The position numbers and the translations under genes are program-made. Below are positions 16,226 to 23,266 of a stretch of 32,000 nucleotides of DNA, piece after piece. The stretch comes from an uncultured Chloroflexia bacterium. Its GTDB lineage: Bacteria; Chloroflexota; Anaerolineae; Anaerolineales; Anaerolineaceae. The DNA lies in assembly GCA_963704755.1 (NCBI GenBank), contig OY969938.1, positions 4,230,001 through 4,262,000 of the forward strand, given 5' to 3'. The notes beneath the pieces are model-generated. The model had not been told where the DNA came from, ran no database searches, and saw nothing but the letters and a program-made list of their open reading frames with translations. Numbering within the stretch: the stretch's first letter is position 1; each line of letters starts with the position of its first letter.

Positions 16226-17023
16226 ATGAAAGGCTACAAATTTATGGATGAATATTATCAAAGCATTAATAGCGGAATTTTCTTTACGAAAAATATTGGT
16301 GAAAGGGTAAAGACTTTATATGAAGCATTCCAAGAACATCCGCATTTATCGGCTAAATTTGGTCATGAATTAATTGGCGATGATTTTGAGCAAGATCACA
16401 GAATTCTACCTCGAACCATTTTTGAGGAAACCTATTATGATTGCCGGTATACTGATGTTCAAATATCAACTTATATCGAACATAAAGCAAGATTGGCGAT
16501 TTTAAAAAACTTGATTGATTATAAGATTTTTAAAGATATAGGTGATAAAGAAAAGACTGATAAGTATTACAAAATTTTGGGAATAGAAATTTCGATACTC
16601 GATTTCTTACCTTCCTCGTTTTCAATAAGTTTGGATGAAATTTCAGACCATCGTTATTTTCGGAAGTACCCATTTTTTTGGCAATTTTTTTTGTGGGTTT
16701 TTGGGGGATTTATTTTAAATGATTATGAAGAGATGGAATATTCGATTTTATCTGCTAAAACCGGTATACCTGTTAATGAAATACCAAATGCTTTTAAGTT
16801 TTATGAATCACTTTTTCCTATTGAAGGTGGATGGTTAGTTGATTTACCCAACACAAATATCAAAGGCTTAAAAATGTTTTCTGTTCCTTTTCGGGGTATT
16901 GGAGCTAATTATAGAAGAATTCATTATGGAGAAGGGTCCTTTAAAAATTTGCACCTAACAGGATCGCATACTTATGATGACTTAATAAAATGGAATAATC
17001 TGGTAGTCGATGTATTTAAATAG
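16226..17023 (+). CDS. Hypothetical protein, no recognisable domain; central hydrophobic/aromatic segment
   Basis: 265 aa. Starts 31 nt after the previous stop in a different frame. Same low-GC codon usage. Hydrophobic segment YPFFWQFFLWVFGGFIL at aa 149-164. An alternative start at 16244 (MDEYYQ) is possible. Confidence 0.6.
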   Translation: MKGYKFMDEYYQSINSGIFFTKNIGERVKTLYEAFQEHPHLSAKFGHELIGDDFEQDHRILPRTIFEETYYDCRYTDVQISTYIEHKARLAILKNLIDYKIFKDIGDKEKTDKYYKILGIEISILDFLPSSFSISLDEISDHRYFRKYPFFWQFFLWVFGGFILNDYEEMEYSILSAKTGIPVNEIPNAFKFYESLFPIEGGWLVDLPNTNIKGLKMFSVPFRGIGANYRRIHYGEGSFKNLHLTGSHTYDDLIKWNNLVVDVFK

Positions 17024-17188
17024 CGAAAACAAATCCCTTGAAAAATGATTTGAACTTAAAGTTTTTCTCCTATTTGGACCAATTAAATTGTTTTACAATA
17101 TAAATTCACCTCGTACACAAGGTGTCTTGAAAACATCTCTATGTTCATTCTAATTTTCTAAATCAAAGATGCTTATGTATGCTTGTCG

Positions 17189-17230
17189 CGAGATTGACTG
17201 TCCAAAAGCAAGCCTCGCAACGACATTAAT
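17189..17230. repeat. Dispersed repeat, family B (copy 1)
   Basis: GAGATTG...CAAAAG...CCTCGCAACGACATTAAT. The last 18 nt (17213-17230) are identical to 27524-27541. Marks the AT-rich to GC-rich transition, 11 nt from the stop of the 17241..17963 gene. Confidence 0.8.
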
Positions 17231-17240
17231 GTGAGCCCGG

Positions 17241-17963
17241 CTAAGCCCGGCTGATGGCTATGGCGCCGGCGTTGCCGGACATGAAATAATTCAGGGCGGC
17301 GGCGGTGACCTGGTTGGAGGTGCTGCGGGCGGGGTCGTTGATGGTGAAGAGGCCGGTGGCGGCGTTGTAGGAGCTCACTTCGATGATGTGGGCGGTGGCG
17401 TTGCCGGGCGCAGATTGGTCGTCCGAGCCGCGGTCGCCGGTCCAGGGCGGGGGATATTTGCCGGCAAAGGTGCCGCTGGCGATCACGCTGGCGCCCCGGC
17501 CCAGCGCCTGGATGATGCTGGTCGAGTTGGCGCCAATCGCGCTGCTGGATGCGCCTGCCGCGGCGGCTCCGCGGGCCAGGTCGCTGAAATCGGTGTAGGT
17601 GTTGTGTTCGGCATCCGAGCGGCGCCCACTGGAGTCGACGCCGTCTTTGGCGCTGCTGTTGGCCATCGAGAGGCGCGCCAGGTCCACCGCTTCGCCGTCG
17701 TTGCTGCCGGCGGTCTCACCGGCCACGCCCAGGCCTAACTGGTGCAAGGCCATCACCAGCGAAGTCGGACCGCAGTCCGCGTTGCTGCCGTCGCCGCCCA
17801 CCTGGAGTTCGGCGTCGAACTGGTTGATGTGGGTGGTTTTTTTGGCGTTCAAAACGTTGGCAGCGCCGAACGAGGAAGTAGAGGCCCCATCCGGGCCGGA
17901 CTGATAATCACTGACCACCTGCTGGGAAAGCAGTTGTTCGCCCACCGAGGCGAGCAGGGGCAT
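17241..17963 (-). CDS. C39-like / papain-fold cysteine peptidase domain protein
   Basis: 240 aa, GC-rich. Candidate catalytic Cys context NADCGPTSLVMALHQLG and downstream His context TAHIIEVSSYN, followed by NDP. Ala/Gly/Ser-rich linker. No signal peptide at this start. Confidence 0.55.
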   Translation of the reverse strand: MPLLASVGEQLLSQQVVSDYQSGPDGASTSSFGAANVLNAKKTTHINQFDAELQVGGDGSNADCGPTSLVMALHQLGLGVAGETAGSNDGEAVDLARLSMANSSAKDGVDSSGRRSDAEHNTYTDFSDLARGAAAAGASSSAIGANSTSIIQALGRGASVIASGTFAGKYPPPWTGDRGSDDQSAPGNATAHIIEVSSYNAATGLFTINDPARSTSNQVTAAALNYFMSGNAGAIAISRA

Positions 17964-18209
17964 CAGCAGGCTGCTCGAAATTGAGCGAGCTGCCGTCCGC
18001 GCTGCCGGAGGACATCAGGCTCAGCAGCAGCAGGCTGCTGAAATCTTGTATTATTCCATTGGTATCTGTTGAAAAGGTGTTGGGGCTGCTTTGTTGGTTG
18101 GATTGTACCTGAGACAGCAACAGAGGTATCAGAAGATCACCGCTCATATTGTGATTATACGGGCCGGCAGCGGGGTTGTCTGTAAAGATTCCCTTAAAGT
18201 TGGGGGGTA

Positions 18210-18383
18210 GCGGATGAGGGAAGAGGCAAAAAGGCAATGAGGCAAAAAGGCAAAAAGGCAATGAGGCAAAAAGGCAATGAGGCAATGAGGCAATGAGGCA
18301 AAAAGGCAACGAGGCAATATGGTAAAGCCAGCTTTCCTCGTTGCCTCATTGCCTCATTACTCATTACCTCATTACTCATTACT
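18210..18383. repeat. Second 8-bp-period array of the same family (GCAATGAG / GCAAAAAG / GCAACGAG), followed by inverted units (CTCGTTGC CTCATTGC CTCATTAC...)
   Basis: Read directly from the sequence. About 13 forward units, a spacer of about 15 nt (gtaaagccagctttc), then 5-6 reverse-complement or degenerate units. This gives a large imperfect palindrome. Confidence 0.95.
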
Positions 18384-18426
18384 TATCCCTAATCTCCATT
18401 CTCCTCGCCAGAATGATTTTACATAA

Positions 18427-18456
18427 TTGACAAATATGGTTATACTTCAATAAATA
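18427..18456 (+). promoter_or_regulatory. Possible sigma-70 promoter upstream of the small ORF
   Basis: TTGACA (18427-18432), then ATAAAT at 17 nt or TAAATA at 18 nt. About 140 nt upstream of the ATG at 18596. Confidence 0.3.
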
Positions 18457-18595
18457 ATTTGTTAGAGCTTTTGTTGTTTCTAAATATTTTGTTGACCATT
18501 CAGATAGGTTCGCAGGTACTATAACTTCAAAAGGAGGTGGAAAACCTCCCGGCTGTTCGTCTCTCGAATTAGAAATGGAAATTTAAAGGAGGATT

Positions 18596-18802
18596 ATGTT
18601 GGAAAAAGGGATTTATAAAATAAATCATCCCGGCGATCCGTTGCACGATGACCGTGTTGTGATCAGAGAAGCCAGCAAGAAATATGGCTATTTTTTTGAC
18701 AAAAATGGAAAATACAGGGCCTATTTGTGGGAGTACCTTGTTTTAGTACAGGCCGGTTCCAAAGCCAGAAAAAATATCGAAGTCGACTACGTCAGCAAAT
18801 AA
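18596..18802 (+). CDS. Small hypothetical protein (68 aa), low-GC
   Basis: Strong SD (AAAGGAGGATT) directly before the ATG. Followed by a hairpin and T7 tract. No domain recognised. Confidence 0.5.
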   Translation: MLEKGIYKINHPGDPLHDDRVVIREASKKYGYFFDKNGKYRAYLWEYLVLVQAGSKARKNIEVDYVSK

Positions 18803-18838
18803 TTTTTTGGCGGTTCAAAATATACCATCGAAAAATAC

Positions 18839-18901
18839 CCCGAAGTTTAGGTGTTCAGGAGGCCCCCAACCCCCAAACACCTGATTTCGGGAACTTTTTT
18901 C
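18839..18901 (+). terminator. Candidate Rho-independent terminator
   Basis: CCCGAAGTTTAGGTGTT ... AACACCTGATTTCGGG (6 + 7 bp stem with an internal loop and a large C-rich loop), followed by aacTTTTTTT. Confidence 0.4.
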
Positions 18902-19072
18902 GCAAACCGGTTCTTCGCTCCACCATTCCTTTACTCATATAGAGGTTCTTTGGGAATTACCGGGATAGTTTGTATCTATGAGGTTATTCGTGCGCTTCGT
19001 GCACAAATAACCCCATAGATAACTTCTTCCACGGTAGATCCCAGTGACCTTTCCCCGGTTTAGTAGACATAG

Positions 19073-19930
19073 TTAAAGGGTGAGGTTTTCGAAATCAACG
19101 GGGCTGAGGTAGCCCAAAGTAGAGTGTAGTCGTTGGCGATTGTACCAAACCTCCAGGTATTCAAAAATGGTCGTGCGAGCCAAGGTACGGGTAAGAAATG
19201 GACCCGTAACGCATTCGGTTTTCAGAGTGCCAAAGAAACTCTCCATGACCGCATTGTCGTAACAGTTGCCAGCCCCGCTCATACTCAGTTGGGCCAGAGC
19301 TTCGGTCAAGCAGGAGCGGTAGGCAGCGCTGGTGTACTGGCTGCCCTGATCGGAGTGGTGCAGCAGGCCAGCCGGTGGATGACGTCCCAGGAGGGCCATA
19401 CGCAAAGCTGTTTCTACCAAGGCGGTGTCCATCTTCTGGCTCATCGACCACCCAATCACTTTGCGGGAGAACAAGTCCAAGACCACGGCCAGATACAACC
19501 AGCCTTCTCCGGTCTCGATGTAGGTAAAATCACTGACCCATTTCTGGTTGGGGGCAGAGGCGGAGAAGTCCTGGTTCAGCCGGTTGGGGGCAGGAATCGC
19601 CCCTGGCTGGCGGTGGGTGGTCACTGGACGGTACTTGCGCCTTGCAAGGGCTGCGATCCCATGCAAACGCATCAGGCGTGCCACCCGATTATGCCCACAC
19701 ACTACCCCTTTTCGCCGCAGAACCACGTACACACGCGGGCTGCCATATGTTTTCCGGCTGCGCTCATGCTCTGCTGTAATCAGCTCCAGCAGAGCCTGGT
19801 TGGCTTGTTCCCGCGTGCTGGGCGTTCGTTTCCGCCAGGCGTAATACCCACTGCGCTTCACACTCAGCATCCGGCACATCCGCTTGATCTGAAATTGCTC
19901 TTCGTGGGCAGCCATAAACGTGTACTTCAT
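19073..19930 (-). CDS. IS3 transposase OrfB (DDE integrase core), expressed as an OrfAB fusion by -1 frameshift
   Basis: 285 aa. rve-type motifs (WVSDFTYI, HSDQGSQYTS, YDNAVMESFFGTLKTE). -1 frame relative to orfA. Slippery A7 at 19960-19966. Confidence 0.9.
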   Translation of the reverse strand: MKYTFMAAHEEQFQIKRMCRMLSVKRSGYYAWRKRTPSTREQANQALLELITAEHERSRKTYGSPRVYVVLRRKGVVCGHNRVARLMRLHGIAALARRKYRPVTTHRQPGAIPAPNRLNQDFSASAPNQKWVSDFTYIETGEGWLYLAVVLDLFSRKVIGWSMSQKMDTALVETALRMALLGRHPPAGLLHHSDQGSQYTSAAYRSCLTEALAQLSMSGAGNCYDNAVMESFFGTLKTECVTGPFLTRTLARTTIFEYLEVWYNRQRLHSTLGYLSPVDFENLTL

Positions 19931-20235
19931 CCGCCTTTCCGGGAGAAAATGTTGACTACTTTTTTTAGGATCTCTCGCTCTTCGGCTATCTCCTTCAGCT
20001 CCCGTTGCAAACGCACAATCTCCCTTTTGGCCGCTTCTAAATCACTCGGTACCAGCTTCGGCTCCTGGTTCTCTGGCAACACCACCTCGTATCGATCCCG
20101 CCACTTTAGCAACATCCCTGGCGTTATCCCCAGTTCCCGCTCAAGCTGTCCTGCACTCTTCCCGCTGCTTTTCAGCAGCTCTAACGCTTCCCGCTTGAAC
20201 TCATCGGTGTATTCTCGATATTTCTTGTCACTCAT
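19927..20235 (-). CDS. IS3 transposase OrfA (HTH)
   Basis: ATG at 20235 preceded by GGAGGAAGG. MSDKKYREYTDEFKREALELL...GITPGMLLKWRDRY, then a leucine-zipper-like region and ...EILKKVVNIFSRKGG*. Confidence 0.9.
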   Translation of the reverse strand: MSDKKYREYTDEFKREALELLKSSGKSAGQLERELGITPGMLLKWRDRYEVVLPENQEPKLVPSDLEAAKREIVRLQRELKEIAEEREILKKVVNIFSRKGG

Positions 20236-20476
20236 GACCTTCCTCCGTTCCCTTTTACTGTACATCTCTCACCCTTCATTCGTGTCTACTGATTCGGGGA
20301 AAGGTCACAGAGACCCCATATAGAATACCAAATCCACCAAAAATGTGTGGATATAATAGATGTTGTTTGCATTTTCCGGCAATCCTGAATATTTGGGCTG
20401 AATTGCCGGATTTTGCGACTCTTTTTCCGCCACAGTGCGTTTGAATTTATGAGAACAGCACAAAGGGCCATGCGTA

Positions 20477-21040
20477 TTGATCCAATCCAAGACCATTCCT
20501 CTTCTGATCGTTCGTGCTCAACAAGGTAATGTAGATGCCGCCGGGCAGCTCTATGAGCGCCATTACCAGAGCATCTATCGTTACCTGGCTTATCGAACGG
20601 GCGATCTGCACGCAGCCGAAGACTTGACAGCTGACGTGTTCTTGAAGATGGTCCAGGCTCTGCCGGATTATCAGCTTACGCGGGCCGCGTTTCGGACCTG
20701 GCTGTTCCAGATTGCTCGCAACCTGGCCATTGATCATTTCCGGCGCAACCATTCCCACCCGGTCGAAGAGATCCAGGATGGGATGCCGGCCGGCGACGAT
20801 CTCCCGGAAGTACAGGCAGACCGGCGCATGAGCAGCCGGGAACTGACGGTGGCCCTGGCAAAGTTGAGCGATGAGCAGCGCGACGTGTTGTTGATGCGAT
20901 TCGTGGAAGGGATGCCGATCGCCGATGTGGCGGTCGCCCTGCATAAGAGCATCGACTCGGTCAAGGGCATGCAGCGCCGGGCCCTGATCGCACTGCGTGA
21001 ACTGCTGGAACCCCTGGAGGAAAAAGATGGAGCAAATTGA
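20477..21040 (+). CDS. ECF-type RNA polymerase sigma-70 family factor
   Basis: 187 aa (TTG start in the track). Region 2 (YRYLAYRTGDLHAAEDLTADVFLKM...FRTWLFQIARNLAIDHFRR) and region 4 (LSDEQRDVLLMRFVEGMPIADVAVALHKSIDSVKGMQRRAL). Confidence 0.88.
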   Translation: MIQSKTIPLLIVRAQQGNVDAAGQLYERHYQSIYRYLAYRTGDLHAAEDLTADVFLKMVQALPDYQLTRAAFRTWLFQIARNLAIDHFRRNHSHPVEEIQDGMPAGDDLPEVQADRRMSSRELTVALAKLSDEQRDVLLMRFVEGMPIADVAVALHKSIDSVKGMQRRALIALRELLEPLEEKDGAN

Positions 21041-22961
21041 CGACCTTTTAGAACACAACTTGCAGCGGCTGGACCATGGGGAGTCCCTCGAACAAATCCT
21101 GGCCGGCCTGCCGCCGGATCAGGTTGAACTGGCGCCATTGTTAAAAATAGCTGTCCGCACACGTAACGCCGATCACCCGCAAATGAACCCCTTGCTGGCC
21201 AGGTCGCAGCGCACACGCCTGGTCGGAGCGACTCATAACGGCAATAAAGGTAAGGTCAAGGCCCGCCTGACTTTGCCGGTGATTTTGACCGGAGTGAGTA
21301 CCATTGCGCTGGCGCTGGTGCTGGGGTTGGTGCTGCTCTTTGCGGTGCCGGCCAATGCCCATGCAGCCACACTGGCTAACATCCAGGGGGTGGTGGAGGT
21401 GGCGCCTTCGGCGGACAACCTCAATTGGAGCGTGGCACAGGATGGCCAGCAGGTCACTCAAGGCGAGGTAGTACGCACCCGCATGGCGTCGAGCGTTACC
21501 CTGGTCTATTTCGACGGCAGCAAGACCCAGGTTGGGTCCGAATCCAGCCTGGAGATTGCCCAGCTATCCGGCGGCCCCGGCTCGGCGCTGCGTTTGGAGC
21601 TGCGCCAGCTTTACGGAGCCAGCAGCCATGATGTGGTCAAGCTGCATGGGTCCGAACCGTTCTACCGGGTGTTGACCCCGGCCGGAACGGCAGTGGTCCA
21701 CGGGACGTCGTTTAGTGTGGATGTGGATTCGGCCGGCGGCGTGTATTATGCCGTCAATCATGGGCGAGTGGCCGTCAGCCAGGGCCAGGCGACCGTGTAC
21801 CTGACGGCCGGCCAGGCAACCCTGGTAAAGCCGCAGGGCAATCCCGAATCGCCCTCTTATGAATTTGCCGTGCAAGGCCAGATCGAATCGATCAGCGGCG
21901 AGAATTGGGTGGTAGCCTCCCTGCCCGTGCAGGTGAGCGCCGACCTGGCAAACGGGTTTGCCGTGAACGATTTCGTGGCCATCCGCGGAACGATCGTCGC
22001 TGGCGTGTACGTGGCCGACATGGTGACGTATGCGCAGGACGAAAGCACGTCGATGTCCTTCACCGGAACGATCAATTCGATCAGCGCTACCCAATGGGTG
22101 GTCGGTGGAACGACCGTGCTGGTGGACAGCGGCACCACCATCGACCCTGACCTGCAAGTCAACGACCCGGTCAGAGTAACCTTCAGCATCCAGGCAGACG
22201 GGTCTTACCTGGCCAGCGCGATCCAGCGTCTGGAAGTGACCCCCGAGCCGACGCCTACCGATGCCGCAACCGAGACTGAAACCTCGGCAGCGACGGAGAG
22301 CGAAACGCCGGCGGGGACTTTAACCGAAACACCCGGTCCGGGTGAAACGGCTACCGAGACAATGGCCGTTACCCCAACCGAGGAAATGAGTGAGACACCC
22401 TCTGAGGTGCCGACCGAAATGCTGACCGAGACGCCGGGGGTAACCCTCACGCCCGAGCCGACCCGCGAGGGCAAACGCGCCGGCTGTGATTTCAACGGCT
22501 GGATGCACCCGGACGGGTCTCGCCTGGCGGATCGCTGGAAGGTGCCGTACCAGGAGATCATGGGCTGGTACTGCCGCGGCTACGGCTTCGGCGAGGTAGA
22601 CCTGGCTTATGAGCTGGCCCATCGCAGCGGCCGGCCGGTGCAGGATATCTTTGCCCTGTGCGCTTCGGGCAAGGGCTGGGGTGAGATCAGCAAGGAAGTC
22701 GATGCCCAGCAGGTTTTCAACCCTACCGATCCGTCGCACAGCAGCCAGAACGATCCATCCCAATCCGGGCAGGGTCCGGCTAACAATAATAACAACCATC
22801 AGAATGACAATTCGCATAATGGCGGCCAGAGCGGAGGCAGCAATAATGGCGAACAGCATGGGAATGGCGGTGGAAATAACGGCGGAGGCAACAACGGCGA
22901 TCACAACGGCGATCACAACGGCGGCGGTAATGGCGGCCACGGAGATGGTGGTGAACATTAA
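21027..22961 (+). CDS. Single-pass anti-sigma-like protein with a FecR domain, two beta-rich repeat modules, a T/E/P linker, a Cys-containing C-terminal domain and an N/G/H-rich tail
   Basis: Trimmed to the ATG at 21027 (after GGAGGAAAAAG), overlapping the sigma stop by 14 nt. TM helix LPVILTGVSTIALALVLGLVLLFAV. FecR-like region (...VRTRMASSVTLVYFDGSKTQVGSESSLEI...GTAVVHGTSFSV). Two similar modules (G.IESISGENWVVASLPVQV and GTINSISATQWVVGGTTVLV). Confidence 0.8.
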   Translation: MEQIDDLLEHNLQRLDHGESLEQILAGLPPDQVELAPLLKIAVRTRNADHPQMNPLLARSQRTRLVGATHNGNKGKVKARLTLPVILTGVSTIALALVLGLVLLFAVPANAHAATLANIQGVVEVAPSADNLNWSVAQDGQQVTQGEVVRTRMASSVTLVYFDGSKTQVGSESSLEIAQLSGGPGSALRLELRQLYGASSHDVVKLHGSEPFYRVLTPAGTAVVHGTSFSVDVDSAGGVYYAVNHGRVAVSQGQATVYLTAGQATLVKPQGNPESPSYEFAVQGQIESISGENWVVASLPVQVSADLANGFAVNDFVAIRGTIVAGVYVADMVTYAQDESTSMSFTGTINSISATQWVVGGTTVLVDSGTTIDPDLQVNDPVRVTFSIQADGSYLASAIQRLEVTPEPTPTDAATETETSAATESETPAGTLTETPGPGETATETMAVTPTEEMSETPSEVPTEMLTETPGVTLTPEPTREGKRAGCDFNGWMHPDGSRLADRWKVPYQEIMGWYCRGYGFGEVDLAYELAHRSGRPVQDIFALCASGKGWGEISKEVDAQQVFNPTDPSHSSQNDPSQSGQGPANNNNNHQNDNSHNGGQSGGSNNGEQHGNGGGNNGGGNNGDHNGDHNGGGNGGHGDGGEH

Positions 22962-22988
22962 CCACGCCTGAAAAAATTCATCCAGAAG

Positions 22989-23018
22989 GCCACCCGGATC
23001 TAACCGGGTGGCTTTTTT
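22989..23018 (+). terminator. Rho-independent terminator
   Basis: GCCACCCGG atctaa CCGGGTGGC followed by TTTTTT, 28 nt after the stop at 22961. Confidence 0.85.
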
Positions 23019-23266
23019 ACTAAAATTAAAGGTTCTCGGTTAGATCGGATTATTTTAAAAATTAGCCTCCTCACTTTCAGGAGATCAAGATTATACTTAG
23101 GGTCTATCCTAAAATATGGTTAAAAGTTCGTTGGGATAGGTCTTTGCAAGGAGAAAAACCGCTGAGGCAGTCAAGGGCGGTGACAGGTTTTTACCTTCCC
23201 TAGTCATTGTTGTACCTATATTGATATTTAATATGAATCAGATTATCAGCCGGAGGTACGTCCGTA

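Larger units (their letters stand above)
19045..20307 (-). mobile_element. Intact IS3-family insertion sequence (about 1.26 kb) with a 3-bp target-site duplication
   Basis: Inverted repeats TGACCTTTCCCCGgtTtAGTAGACA (left) and TGACCTTTCCCCGaaTcAGTAGACA (right, reverse complement). CAG occurs directly outside both ends (19042-19044 and 20308-20310). orfA/orfB are arranged with an A AAA AAA G slippery site. Confidence 0.9.

Noticed and set aside
16192-16228. A8 run (16207-16214) between the two cassette ORFs as a phase-variable frameshift site joining them
   Set aside because: The ORF1 stop (16192-16194) precedes the A-run, and ORF2's frame is closed by a TAA at 16187-16189. Slippage in the A-run therefore cannot fuse the two ORFs.
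19133-20323. 396-aa plus-strand ORF spanning the IS3 element
   Set aside because: It is antisense to the clearly recognisable OrfA/OrfB transposase genes and has low-complexity composition.
11172-20476. Classical tRNA-integrated genomic island with att repeats
   Set aside because: No integrase gene and no direct repeat of the tRNA 3' end could be found by eye downstream. Only the composition and the IS content support island status.
21564-22958. Minus-strand ORFs of 197 aa and 212 aa inside the anti-sigma gene
   Set aside because: Antisense shadow ORFs in GC-rich, low-complexity coding DNA.
23019-23266. AT-rich 250-nt leader upstream of the DUF1360-like gene as a riboswitch
   Set aside because: No conserved riboswitch core motif was recognisable, and only weak partial inverted repeats are present.
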